Assembly: GCA_030704615.1 (NCBI GenBank)
Contig: CM060734.1
Location: 59,458,001 to 59,522,000 of the forward strand
From: Takakia lepidozioides
Taxonomy: Eukaryota > Plantae > Bryophyta
Direction of reading: 5' to 3'
DNA: 64,000 nucleotides
The notes under the pieces: generated by a model
What the model saw: the letters and a program-made list of their open reading frames with translations, nothing else
The model's database searches: none
What the model was told of the DNA's origin: nothing
Translations under genes and position numbers: made by a program
Shown here: piece by piece, positions 40,001-52,760 of the stretch
Position numbering within the stretch: position 1 is the first letter of the stretch
How the letters are laid out: every line of letters starts with the position of its first letter

Positions 40001-42705
40001 AACAGTATCTCTAGGTGAGACCTCTCCACTTCTTTATGTATGCCTCCAATGACATTTGGGGAGGGGAAACAATCGAAATGTTCAGGTCCTTCAAAGTCTG
40101 ATCCAGCACAATGACGGCGCGCTTTTCGAGCTGCAAATTGTATATTTGTCAGAATTGCAAATAAGATACTCATCACATACTTGAAGAGAAGAAAACGGCA
40201 TGTTTGAATACACACCTGACTCCAAAATGTAGCCTTGTGGAGCCAGTTATCAAACACCAAATCACTGATTCCTTCCACCTTTGTGCCAGGCTGTATGGTG
40301 CTCTTTGGGAACTGATTCAAGTCATTTACTGTTTGATCTGAGTTCCATATCTCCAGCCACCTTATTTTTGTTTGTGGGTCGACCATCGATATGGCCAGCC
40401 GGTGCAATTTCTCCTGCTGCATCTCTGGATGCACATGCTTGTCATAGTGTGTTTTGATCTGCTGAAGGAACTCAGAACCAAGTCCAGGATCTACTATTCT
40501 ATGCTGCTTTCCGAAGGCGAACATCAATTTGGTTCTTCGCATTTCAAACTCCTTCTTTATTGCAGCTTCCACACCCTTTGATGTCTTTAGTTCCTCTGGT
40601 GTAGTGCGGTAATATTCGGATTTTCCCTTCTCAGCTGCCTCTGCCAGTTCTTGCTGCATTGATTCAAGTAGTGATTAGCACCGAAGGGACTACAAACATG
40701 TATTCAAAAAGTAAACTGAGTACAGACTCGGGCTTACCGCATACATGTACTCCAGAAACGCCTCTCGTGTCAAAGAATACCAAGTACCTGCAGCTCTTCC
40801 TGTTTCGCACTTCTTAATTATATTGGGTGGGAGTACTGTCCGAAAATCATCCAGCTTCATCAGACCAATCCTCTGAATTTGGAATAGTGTGTGGAGCAAG
40901 CTTGTTGTCACATGCGATTTCTTTGTCGATCTGCAAAAACATTGGAAACATTGCATTCCTTAACATTGTTTTTTGGGGATTAATAAGACACTACAGAGGG
41001 AATGAAATCTCCTGGATGACCTACTTGTTCACGTCGTGCATAGCTGTAAGAAGCCTAGCGATGTCATTTCCAGGATCCAAAACCATTGCCTCCACAGCAA
41101 CATGCTTGTCTTTGTCTTTCGCATGGTGTTTCTGAATGCATCCCATCCATGCCAGCAATCGGTGGTTGCCGTCCCAGACGTAGAACATGTGGTTGCAGAA
41201 TTGCTGGGTGTTCTTTCCCATCATGAGGCCCAGCTCGAACTCCTCATTGGCATCTTTCCAGCACTCATCCCAGTTATCACTGATCTCTGGAGACACTAAT
41301 GTGTTTTTCCCATTTATATCCGTCAGTGACACATAAAAAACTTGTGCACCAAGTCTATATCCATGCACAAAATCACTCTCCAATTTTGTTATGTCATGGG
41401 AAAGAGGTGGACGCACAACAGGCATAGATATCATCCGGCACAGAGGGATGTCCAGACGCCCTCCAGATACGAGCATGTCCCTTATAACCTCCTGAGAGTT
41501 TATCTTCTGGAATGACATGAGTTCTTTCACCTTGTCAAGGTAGTGCACTTCAGATTCATCTGCTTCATCTATATTCTCTGAGCTTTTTCCGAACTCGTCC
41601 CTATCTCCAAATCCTTTCCCCTCTGATCTTGTAGGCTTCGACCTCACAGTTTCTGCACGATGCCATTCAATTCTGACTGAGTAATTTGCAAATAGTGAAC
41701 GGCGGTAACGACCATCACTCTGTCTCCAAAAAACTCACTATGAATGGTGTGAAACAATTCAGCACAATCTACACAAGCAAAGCTGATCCTGCCGTATTCA
41801 AAATAGAAGCGAGAGCGATAGCGATAGCGAACGGCGTTAACGACAATCACAAAAGATAAGGACCTGCCGGATCGGTGTTGTGTAATGACATCTATGTGTA
41901 AGTGATTGGCGGCAACGACATTCAGTATAGTTTAGGGCGGACAGTAAGTGCAGATTATTCAGATTGACTCCATTGTGATTACCGTCGCCAGCATGGGAAG
42001 AGGAAGGACTGCTTGAAAGGCAATCAGACAGACTATATGATCTGAACAACGATGATTGACGGTATGCCGACCCTCACTCTCTCTTCAAACACATAGGTAC
42101 ATAAATCTCATGAGGAGAATCGAATGGCGTTAACGACGCTCGCAATTCAGTAGACTTCAATCACATGTTCCTGCTAAAGAAGAAAAGAGGAAGGACTCCT
42201 TGAAAGATAATCAGACAGACTGTATGATCTGAACAACAGTGAATGACGGTACCGATAGTCACCCACTCATTGTGCGGTAAACCCTTAGCAGAGGAGTAGA
42301 AAGCAAATCACCGTTGTGATGGTCGGTAGCGACAATCCTTGACTGGGACATTCCACTCAATCTCTACGCAGATCTTCAACAATGAAATGTAAGTTAGAGA
42401 AAACTTACTGGCGCCTTCTTAGGTTTTGAAATTGGATCCCCTTCTGCAGCTTTCCTCTTCCCTCTCACATCTGCTGGAATTTCTGTCTGCTCTAGGGTTT
42501 CTGGACCTTCTCCCGGTTCGGCGTTCCTCGTGCTTCCACCTCCTTCAGTGTCCCTGCGAATCATCTCTGCATCCACAGGCTGGCACACTCTTATCGCCGA
42601 CTGTGTCACAGCCGTTGCCTCAGTCTCCGTCTGCTCTTGTGAATCAGTCTCCGCGTTTACCTGATGCCTTGGCCCTGTGTTCTCCAACAAACGACGCCTC
42701 GTCAT
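37060..42705 (-). pseudogene. Multi-exon ParB/Srx-like plus beta-class N6A/N4C-type DNA methyltransferase gene. Inferred exons include ~42705-42409, 41652-41025, 40930-40738, 40653-40216, 40130-~39904, 39291-38640, 38526-38188, 37983-37697, 37601-~37412, 37324-~37060
   Basis: ParB-like FYVWDGNHRLLAW; motif IV-like ADIVILDIPDG then FLSDAGTLLLF; KEKSPAFMQILLESCS; spliced motif I RVVDLSVSTG|ATYHACKAGGRSLFGMEGD; GT-AG junctions; one TAG (~40011) and a homopolymer frameshift (~37875); 5'-most exon structure uncertain. Confidence 0.75.
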
Positions 42706-43555
42706 TTGCTCTCTTGCTCTACGTCTCTCTCTAAGGGAAGTAAAATAAAGAGACTTTCTTCTCTTTCGTATTGTAGAAGGAACCCTCTCCAGCTTGACTA
42801 CCACTCTCTTTCTAAGCGCAAAAAGTAGAAAAACGCAGTGATTCCCGATTTCTTGCGGGATTGCCTGCGTTGTTGTTTGTCTCTAGAAGCATCGGATTCC
42901 CTCTCGCGTGACCGTTACACATAGTCGTTCCCTTATTAGTGCACATGCCAGCAATTGGTGTACAACTGTTCGTATTCAGTTATGGATGTCTGACGTGTGT
43001 TGCCCAAAATAAACGGCGTGTTCTTTATTAGAACGGTTTCAATATTTAAAAATAACATCGAATCCCAGAAATCTTGGCGCACAGTCTTACACAAATAAAT
43101 GTAAATGAACGAGAGTTTGATGACAAATTTTGGAATATCATACACGGTCATCCTTGTTAGCCAAACCCCACATTCGTTTCACATCTGGAACTTTCCAGGT
43201 GCGCATGATCATTGGTAGTAGTATAAAGATACATTTACTTAATCTGCAATCCCATCCTCAGATCCTGTGGCATGCTTCCAGGAAGTCGGCTTTGTTATTG
43301 GGTTTATTGATGAGGTTCTGATTAACGGTTTAACAGCTGCCGACACTGCTCCTAGGGATACTCTGACCCCCACAAGAAAAGTAATTAAAATGGACGGCTG
43401 CATATCTGGAAAGAATAACATAGTATGCACAGTCGTTGTCTGAGCTTCTTCCGCCATATTCTCTGCTCATTATTCAACTGTGTTCTGGAGACATCAGTAA
43501 ACCGATTTACACTAGATCTGCGATAGCAAGGTATAAACGTACGCGTGGAAGGAAG

Positions 43556-46500
43556 ATGGCTTCCTCTGAAGCGGAGTTCTTCTCTGACGACAAACCAGTG
43601 CCGTTCTCCCAGGAAGTCCTTGACAATGGATTTGCAATTGTTCTGGAACATGTCTTGGCTACCCGTTTTCAGCTGTAGAATGGCTCCATCTTTTTGGAGA
43701 AAGAGGTGTACGATCTTAAAGGGAAGTTGTTGAAATACTCTTTCCAAAACCGTGATGAGACGGCTCATATCAGCCAGTGGAGAGTGCGTCCTGGTCGATA
43801 CAGAGTACTTGGAGAGCCTCGGCGAAAGTCCCTTGGGTTATATGTGACGCCTGGGACTGCTGCTTCGGTCGTTGAAGACAAGAGGGAGGTGGTAGTGAAA
43901 AAAGAACAGACGTCCTCCACTCCAATCGTTGAGCTTTCGGATTCGTCCAATGATGACATAAGTGAAATTCCAAATCCAGTCCTTCCTACTGTGGTTGGAG
44001 AAGCTGATGAAGAAGAGATTTGTAGTGTCATTCCAAAATTGCGGGCGATGGGAGGAATGGCTGGATTCAAAAGTGAGTTGCGGGGAATTGATTGGGAATC
44101 TTTGAAGCAGGTGCCTGTGAAGTTCTTGCCGGAGACTTTTGATGGCAATATCCTATTTGAGCTGCCTCCTCCTCCGCGAGTTGGAGGTGTAACAATCATG
44201 ATGCATGGAATGGACAAGAAACACGACGGGCACCCGTGGTGCAGAACAAAAACATCCAATATTCAGAATGATGACAAGCTTGTTTTCAGGAGGACAGTTT
44301 GCAATGGATACCTTAGGTGTGATAATTTGAATTGCAGACACTTTCTTCAGTCTAGGGTTCATAATCAAAGCGAATGGGAGGGTCTGGCGGAAAATCCATT
44401 TCAGCCTGGGACTGCCCCTCCACCGGCAAACACTTTCGTCTGCAAATTCTGCAAACTTGTGCCATCCTGCTTGGCGCTCTGCGGAGCAAGAATGTACTAT
44501 GTTGTCCACCGTTTGAAAACAATGACAAGAGCTTATGTGCATTTCGGATTCCATAACCATCCTGTCTCGAAGGGGGATTACAGGGAGAGTGTTGAGACAG
44601 TATCGAGGTTGATTAAACAGGAGTTCGGGAGAAACCCATCCGCAACAACATCTGCAATTGCTCTTGGCGTAAGCAAGTCCTTCTTGGAAAGCCATATTTT
44701 GAGTGAAGGGGATTCTGTGGGGACTAAACTTGACGGTGCAGCATTGGACCTGGTCATGGATCATTTCTCCACTTTAAGTTCACCTAACATTCGGCATCAG
44801 ATCAATGCATTGAGAATGGGCTCTGGGATCAGAGGCTACATAGACAACATTTTGGAATTGAAACGAGTGAGCAAGTACGATTACATCCAAGACAATGTAT
44901 TCCCAGGTCAAGGTGCCATCAAAGTTTTTCTTTTCAAAATGTCGACTGTTGGGGAGGGCAGTGCGGTTATCGTGAAGCGGATGCAGAAGACTGGGGACTT
45001 GCAGAACTGTTTTCTTATGTTTGATCATGTGAAACGAGTGAAGGATTGGACGACAATGGCTTGTCATGTCTACGATCCAGTGTACCAACGAGTTATGACA
45101 ATTGCAGTTTGTGACATGCAATCCGAGGATACGGAATCCCAGAAGCTCATGTGGAATTCCCTGATACGTGTCATGGGCTGCCATGGGCTGCCATATCCAA
45201 ATTCCGCAGGTTTCATGGCGGATAGTGCTCAAGCAAATTTCAATGCTGTTCGTATTGTCTTCGGATCAGGCGACCCAAAAGTGCCTATGCCAAGAAGAGA
45301 GCGTACATGTCTATTCCATTGGACACAATCTCTGGAAAAACATACAAAGTTGGACATCAAACCAGAGATGCAAACTCAGCACCGTAAATTGTGCAAAGAG
45401 TACAAAGATGCTAGAACAATGAAGGAGGCGGACACTTTGTTCCAGACAATTCATGCCCGGTGGTTCTCTTCTGGAGCTGCATCACTTGAGAATATGAGAG
45501 CATTGGAAAATTAGCTGGCGTTTTGGCACTTCCGGTATAGACAGTGGGGAGCAGCCATGCCATTGGTACGAGGCTTATATTTATTGCTTTATTCATACAT
45601 TTGCTTTCCATTTTATTGTGTCCTCGCTTTTTTTATGTTGTTTTCTGTTCACTGTTTTGAAGTGTGGTTCTGCACTTTGCAGAACATGTCCATTGAGGAA
45701 ATGGCGGACATGCCATCTTGCAATTTGGCAGAAACTGTGCACAACGCATGGTTGCAGCAGTCTGGGAAACAAGGTCGGGATTTGTATGTGGCAACAACAG
45801 ATGATTTGATACGTGCCTTGCAACAACAAACCCGATACCGTGATTTCTTACGAGGTGAGGTTGGTGGCAAGGGTCCGGACAAATGGGAGTTGATGTTGCG
45901 TGCTGCAAACAGATCTAGGGATCCAATCAAGATAGCACGGGCGGTGAGCATGTATGCCCAGGGAACGCCACTTGTTTCTAGAGTTCCACATCTTGAAGAG
46001 GAGGAGAGATTCGGCTCCTGTAAGAGGAAATTGAACACTCCACCTGGTTCGGATTCAGATTCCCACAGGGCAGACCGTGATAACTTCTCGAAGCCTCGTG
46101 TTCCCCTGCATGACAGCTCCATGTCCGGAACCTCCATTGTGGAGGAACCTCCAACACGACGGCAAGCTCCAGCATCAAACAGTGCCACTGAAATGGTGCA
46201 GGAGATAAACAACCCCTTGATGTGCTTGAGTCTGCATGCCCCGACTACGTTTGGCACATAGAACGCACAAGTGTAGGGTCTCGTGTGAAATGTACAGCGA
46301 TCAGGGCAACTAATTTCGAGAAGTGCACTTCATCTATATCCAGAGGTGGTGCCCGAACTCCTGCTCCGACTTTCACGGGCTTGATGCGTCCATACAGTCA
46401 ACCAGGATCCAAGAACCACAAGTTCTGGTTCTGCGCAGATGATTGTGCCAGATGTGTGCATGGAACTGTGCGTCCTTCCGTAGTGATCAAGCCATCTCCT

Positions 46501-47067
46501 CCAACCGTTTGGCCCGTGAAGGTGGGAACACATCTGAGCTTTCAGGAGATTGAAATGCTGGAAGAGGCAGGTTTTTCCCTTGCGAGACAACCCCAACTCC
46601 ATGCATGTGCTACTACTTCTGCGTCCTCCCGGGTCCCCCCGGCAAATCCTGACTTGTGGCCAACCAAACGAGATGGAAAGCTCGTTCGGCGTTTCCCTCC
46701 AACCGCTAAACACTTTGGCAAAGTGGAGTCCGCAAGAATGCTCCAAGCTCGTGTTGGAAGCACCACGGAAGTACCCGATCCAGGATATGGTCGGGTATTC
46801 ACAATCATCACTTCCACATCTGCTGTTCATGACAGGACCTACGACATCACGGTTTCCAATTTTCCCAATTGCACATGTCCTGATTTTGTGAATATGCTAT
46901 TAACCAGTTTGGGCAAGAGAGGTAAATTCATACCCTACAAACATTTGTATTTCATATTTTTGAAAAGGATGGTTTGCGATCCCAAACGTGACAACTTCAT
47001 TCACCAGGCCACTATGAGTTTCAACGAGGTCGATACTCTTTTGCAGCGGGATACAACACATGGGTAG
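43556..47067 (+). pseudogene. MULE-type DDE transposase with N-terminal WRKY/GCM-like zinc domain and C-terminal SWIM
   Basis: DGHPW..CNGYLRC..CKFC..HFGFHNHP; FDHVKRV..FMADSAQA..CLFHW..CNLAETVHNAW; SWIM CTCPDF..YKHL; stops at 43676 and 45512, intron ~45566-45682, frameshift ~46220. Confidence 0.85.
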
Positions 47068-47638
47068 CATCAACTATGCAATGTGGTATGTGGACGACCA
47101 TGATTTGAAATGTGTAATTCACATCAATTCGTCGGCAGTGCAATGATATGGCCTCCAACTATACGGAGTGAGCTCTGAGTGACAACTTTTAGGTAGTGCA
47201 CATTTGTCATTGCACCGTTCAAAGTCTACATGTCTTGCTGTCGCTATGCACTACAATCATCTTTTGAAGATGATCCTAACTCTCATTGTTATTTGAGGAT
47301 GGAGGAAGGTCTTCCCGTGGCAGCCTTTATGGCGCACACTTTGTGAGGATATTTTTTCGTCCTCGTAATTGTAAAAGTGAAACAAGCATTTGTAATTGCA
47401 CAATGTTGGATGCTGCAATTGTAGGCCTCAACGCTCGTCTTGATTCTATTTAGGCAAGATTCCCTGCATTAATTCCACGGTCATAGAACCATCCACGGTT
47501 ATAGGCGGCGCATGTTAATGCTGACGTGGCAGATGACGGACAGTGCCACGTCATCATTTACCGCCACATCAGCATGCTGACATGACGCTCACGCCACGTC
47601 AGCTGGCGTGAGCGTACGCTCACGCCATTGCGTCGTTG

Positions 47639-47966
47639 GTTTGCAGGGTATGCACAACAGGGGCGTGGGATGGAGGCTTTGGAGACCTATGAGCAAATTA
47701 TGAGGGAAGGGGTATTGAAGCCTGACCACATAATATGTGTATGTGTTTGCAATGCGTGTGCAAGCCTGGCAGCCCTGGAAAAGGGCAAAAGGTCCATGGT
47801 TGCATCGTCAAAGCTGCACATGTACCAGATGTCATTTTGAACACTCCCCCGGTGGACAATATGTATGCCAAATGTAGGTGTAGCAAGGATGCAAAGGGAG
47901 TGTTCAACAACATGGCTGAACAAGATGTGGTGTCTTGGAGTACCATGATGACCACCTTCCCCGGTG

Positions 47967-48003
<37 letters not shown>

Positions 48004-49860
48004 CTCTGATGCCCTCACACTGTCCAGTGGAAATACAGTTAGGCATTAAACCTCCCTAAACTTGTTTTGAATATGTGACATGGGCAAGGACCTTAAGGAC
48101 TATCTCAATGGCCTACCTGCCTCGTCACTAGACTGAAATTTAAACTCGGGGTGGGAAACTACAAGTGCATCCACGAGCTACCACACTTAACATACATGTT
48201 GACAAGGGTGTTGTGTAGAAAGCATTTAATGCCTTCAATCCACTTAATATAATGTGAGCATATGCACCTGATTTCCAATTTGCAGGCCTTTCAGCTTGAT
48301 GCTCTTATGCTTGAGACAAGGGACTTAGGTATCTGAATATGCTGAAATTATGCCTAGCTGGTTGAAGTTTGTAGAGCCTCTTTCAGTTGCAGGATGGGGA
48401 GGCGGGGGAAAAATAGAATACTGTTCAGTATGACTCTTGGAGCAATTCCAGCTTAAAATGTGATGATGTCACCATTGGGGCATGGACCTCTTGGTCGTTT
48501 ACAAGGGACTTGGTAGGGTCAACATGATCATAGGAGTGTATGAAGGCTGGTAGCCCTGGAATTTTATAACCATATGTCATTCTGAACATCCCCTAATTCT
48601 GGACATATATGCCAATGTCAAGGGAGTGTTCAACACTATGGCTAAACAAGATGTGGTGTCATGGAGTGCGATGCTTGTAGGGTATGCACAGCAGGGGTGC
48701 GGGATGGAGGCTTTCGATACCTATGAGCAAATGATGGGGGAAGGGGTGAAGCTCGATCAACATTTTAGTGTGTGTTTGCAGTGCGTGTGCAAGCCTGGCA
48801 GCCCTGGAAAAGGGCAAAGAGGTGCATGGTTGCATCACCAAAGCTAGAATTGTACCATATGTGATTCTGAACAATACCTCGTGGACATGTATGCCAAATG
48901 TGGGAGCATTGAGGATGCGGAGGGAGCCTTCAACACTATGGCTGAACGAGATCGTGTGATAAGTTGAGTTGGTTGTTTCCTAGAACAAATATAGGATGTC
49001 ATTGTCAGCTGCTAGCAGCAAGGCAAGGATTTATGCATGATTTGTGCAGAGGCTTGGATAGGTGAAGGAACAGGGATAGAGTGTGGGTCCGGATTCATGT
49101 AAGAGGGCTAGATTTCAAGCTCCAGATTACCTATGATTCCTTGTGTCGAGGATAGCTACAAGAAACCTGCATGGGTAGATGGTCAACTGGAATTTGCCGT
49201 AGCAGCGGCACAATTGATAAATCAGGCACTGGTAACGAAGACACCTTCTTCAATAGCACAGCGGCTACAAGTGGGTAGATGGTCTACTAGAAACAGCAGC
49301 GGCAGCAGCACAATTGATAGAACAAGACACTACTAATGAATGTACTTCTTCAACATATTCCACCCTGTTTTCCCATGCTATCAGAGTCGTCCCTATATTT
49401 TCATGTTGAATTCTGCAAGTTAGCTCCACGTTGGTGAATCTCTGGTGGTTTTGGAATGATTTTGACATGTTATTGCCAATGTGGTCGACAGGAAAGTATT
49501 GAAAAAACAGATAACGGAGACGAGAAGAAGCTCTGGAAAGAATACGTTTCCGACCCCAGTCAATGGTGGAACAATCGAGGCAAAAAAGTGAATGCTTGTT
49601 GGAAGTAGACGCAAGTCAGCGAGTATGGTAAGTAGGGTTGGGGTGTTTGCTGGAACAATTCTAAGCTGTCATTGTCAGCTGCTATGAGCAAGGCAATGAT
49701 ATATACATGATTTGTGCAAAGGCATGGATAGCTGAAGGAGCAGGGATAGAGTGCATGGGTCCAGATTCATCCAAGAGGGCCGGATTTCAATCTCCAGATT
49801 ACCTATGATTCCCTGTGGAATGATAGCTACAAGAAACCTGCATGGATAGATGATCAATTG
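47639..49860 (+). pseudogene. Continuation of PPR and PDF-motif fragments (several partial copies)
   Basis: FAGYAQQGRGMEAL..CNACASLAALEKGK..MYAKC..DVVSW; second PPR copy at 48626-48960; PDF-like segments at ~49110, ~49520-49590 and ~49780. Confidence 0.75.
47969..48000. repeat. (TC)16 microsatellite
   Basis: Direct reading. Confidence 0.95.
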
Positions 49861-52320
49861 GTTGGTTTTGAGCTGAAGAGCAGGACCCCTGTAGGGATGT
49901 CTCTCCATCTGTAGATCTTTTAGGAAGTGGAAGGCTAGGGCCCAGCTTTCTTATGACAATGTTAGCTGATTTTCAGTTCTTCTCCTCAGCTCGGTGCCTT
50001 TCTATTTCCAAGTTATGGCAGTAGTTTCTGGCTGCAGTCTCTTTTCCTGCTAGACTCTTTAGCTCCATGCAGACCCCCTTCTTTGCTTGCTTTCCTTCTT
50101 ACTACTCTTTTTTGTCTTGGTACGCGAAGCTGTGTCTTCCTCTTTCAGCCTCTATGGCACTCTATCCAGAGGTTATTTTTTCCTTTTTGTATCCAATGAC
50201 ATTTTATGTCCATTACCTATAAAGTTCTGGAGGCCACTGTCCCCCACTGTCCCTCTTTGTTAACAAAAATAAAAATAAGAAAAAAAAACAACAATGGCTT
50301 CCATTCTATTTTCCTAGAAACCTAATGAGAATTTAAATCAATTAATAATCTAAATATTATAATTGTATGGTTTAATTTATTAAATTAAAATATTATTAAA
50401 AAACCTCTTTAGTCATGAAGTTATATACTCATGACTACATCATGGCAACGTGACATTATATGATACGATATTCTTTCCCACGTGTAGGTCATATATGTTG
50501 TCCATGTGGACACATGTCACATCCGGAGTGTTACATGTGTCCCTCTGACGCCTCTCCAATGGAGTCATACTTTGTAGACATGTAGTCATATAGTTAGTCA
50601 TATATAAATCATATAGTTGTGACTACATCGCTCTCTACAACATGACTCCAGGTGCCACGCACGCAGTCACGGCTATGACTTGCAAAACGCAGTCCTAAAG
50701 ACTAGTCGTATGTGCAGTCCTAAAGACTAGTCATATGTGCAGTCATAAAAACGCTCATTTGTTGTAGTGTTATATAGCTTTTTCCTTGGAGAGGAGAGTT
50801 TGGTGGACTACCCCACTCAGTTTTGGGTGAATGTCCATACTAAAGTGCAACCCAGCATGCAAAAAGAGATGAGAGCCAACAGTTTTTTGAACAGTATCAT
50901 GTGTGCACCATCCTCATCGTCCTTTTGTAGTCTGATTGCATGTCTGTTGCCATTTTTCGTACCCACGTACTGTGATTTCATGCTTCCAGAAGTCGATGGA
51001 TATCGATTGTGATTTTTATGTCCAGGTATCAATGCTGCTACGGTCCAGATGACAAGCGCACCAACAATGCGATAGTGGAGGATCCCAAACTGAAATGTGG
51101 AGGACCTCTTGTGGGTGCTGGAACATCTCACCCTCATAAAGGCCCAAAGAGAAAGAAGTCGGAATATGGAGAGTCTTACAACGTGGTTGCCAATACTGTT
51201 TCAAGGTCCAGCAATGTTATTTCGCCCCCGACATTTGTGTCCTCACATACTACAACAATATGGAGCATACAGACGCGAAAGAGAATGTCTGTCATGGGAA
51301 GTCCGCTGAGTTCAGGAACACTCGTCACGCCCATGCACCACACATTAGCGAGGAATTGAAAGCATGGGTCATGGAGTGTCTGTGCCGAGGCTTGTCAGTC
51401 GCCCAAATCATGATGGAACATAAAGTGCACGTCATGAACAACACCGGATTGGGGGATGCATGGACATGGGACAATTTTTTTGTTGGAGCAGGAAGTGCGC
51501 AATCTAGCCGAGAAACGGACGTGGCAAACGTTCAAAAAACATGCCAACGATGCGGAGAGTGTCTGCATGTGGAAAGACCAGAACCCGAAATCGGTTTTCT
51601 TCTATCAAGAAGAGAAATTGGCGCCAACATTCAAGCACTACGATGACGACTTAACATTCACAATCGGCATACAGACTGAGTGGCAGAAGAAACGAATGCT
51701 TCAATTAGGCCATGCCCGTATCGTTGCATGCGATGCAAACTTCGGGACAAATCACCACAAGGTACTCTTCATCCCTTTCACAATTTATCCACTTGCAGAA
51801 GTAGTGGATGTACGCACACTGGCAGCATCTGACATTCTGCATTTGAACAGTTCCCATTGTACACGTTGATGGTCTTTGACGAGTGGCTTAACGGTATACC
51901 AGTTGTGTACATCATATGCGTTCGTGAGCGGACAACAGAACTAATGCCGTGGATGGCAGCCTTGCGGGACTCTCTCCTTGCAGAAATACCGGATTGGCGA
52001 CCCAATGTCTTCATTGTGGACGATGCCGACGCCGAAATAAACGCCATTACGTAAGTTTCACGTACCCTCCTGTACAGTCGCGTGCAAGTCCGTCGCCTAC
52101 GTCCATTGTCTATCTTTGGCAAGTCCCCTGCCATACAACGCAGTTCTGGCTGCAAGTCCGGCCCATTCATTTCTGCAAGTCTGCTAGCAAACCAATCCGC
52201 TGATAATGCCCTCTAGCGAAGTCCGCTGGAAGACTCACTTGCGCAAGTATGCTGCAAGGTCAATCTGCTAGGGTGTGCTGCCAGCAAAGTCTGGGTAAGT
52301 CTGTTGCCGGTCTCCTAAGG

Positions 52321-52760
52321 GCAAGTCCGCTGGCAGGCGAGTCCACCGGAGAGGACTGTTCGCAAGCAGTCCGCTACAAGAGTCACGTGCCCCAGTTTGT
52401 TGCGACCTCAGTCTGGTCCAACAAGTCCGCTGGCAGGCGAGTCCGCCGGAGGGGACTGTTTGCGAACAGTCCACTACAAGACAAACGTGCACCAGTCTGC
52501 TGCGACCTCAGTCTAGTCCAGCAAGTCCGCTGGCAGGCAGGTCCGCCATAGGGGACTGTTCGCAAGCAGTCCACTACAAGACTCACGTGAGCTAGTCTGT
52601 TGCGACCTTAGTCTGGTCCAGCAAGTCCGCTAGTAGGCGAGTCCGTCAGAGGGGACTGTTTGCAAGCAGTCCGCTGCAAGACTCACGTGCGCCAGTTTGC
52701 TGCGACCTCAGTCTGGTCCAGCAAGTCCGCTGGCAGGCGAGTCTGCCGGAGGGGACTGTT
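52321..52760. repeat. Intronic 100-bp tandem repeat, ~4.4 copies (present again at ~53405-53830)
   Basis: CAAGTCCGCT.G.AGGC.GTCC starts recur at 52321, 52421, 52521, 52621 and 52721. Confidence 0.92.

Larger units (their letters stand above)
36365..47638. mobile_element. Mutator-like (MULE) transposon carrying a ParB-methyltransferase gene
   Basis: 10-bp TSD GTTTGCAGGG at 36355-36364 and 47639-47648, splitting one PPR motif; imperfect 21-bp TIR (15/21, ending GGCGTGAGC); GGCGTGAGC and CACGT(G/C) subterminal repeats; internal MULE transposase. Confidence 0.88.
34401..50769. mobile_element. CACTA/CMC-type non-autonomous element carrying gene fragments
   Basis: 29-bp TIR CACTACAATATATGAGCGTTTTTAGGACT matches the reverse complement of 50741-50769 with 3 mismatches; ATGACT/AGTCAT subterminal repeats; apparent 2-bp TT TSD; no TnpA/TnpD seen. 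Confidence 0.88.

Noticed and set aside
37060-42705. Bacterial contamination as the source of the ParB-MTase
   Set aside because: The gene has GT-AG introns and lies within a TSD-flanked element nested in plant PPR sequence
44153-46830. Long antisense ORFs over the transposase (similar ones lie over gypsy and CDC5)
   Set aside because: Shadow frames of real coding sequence
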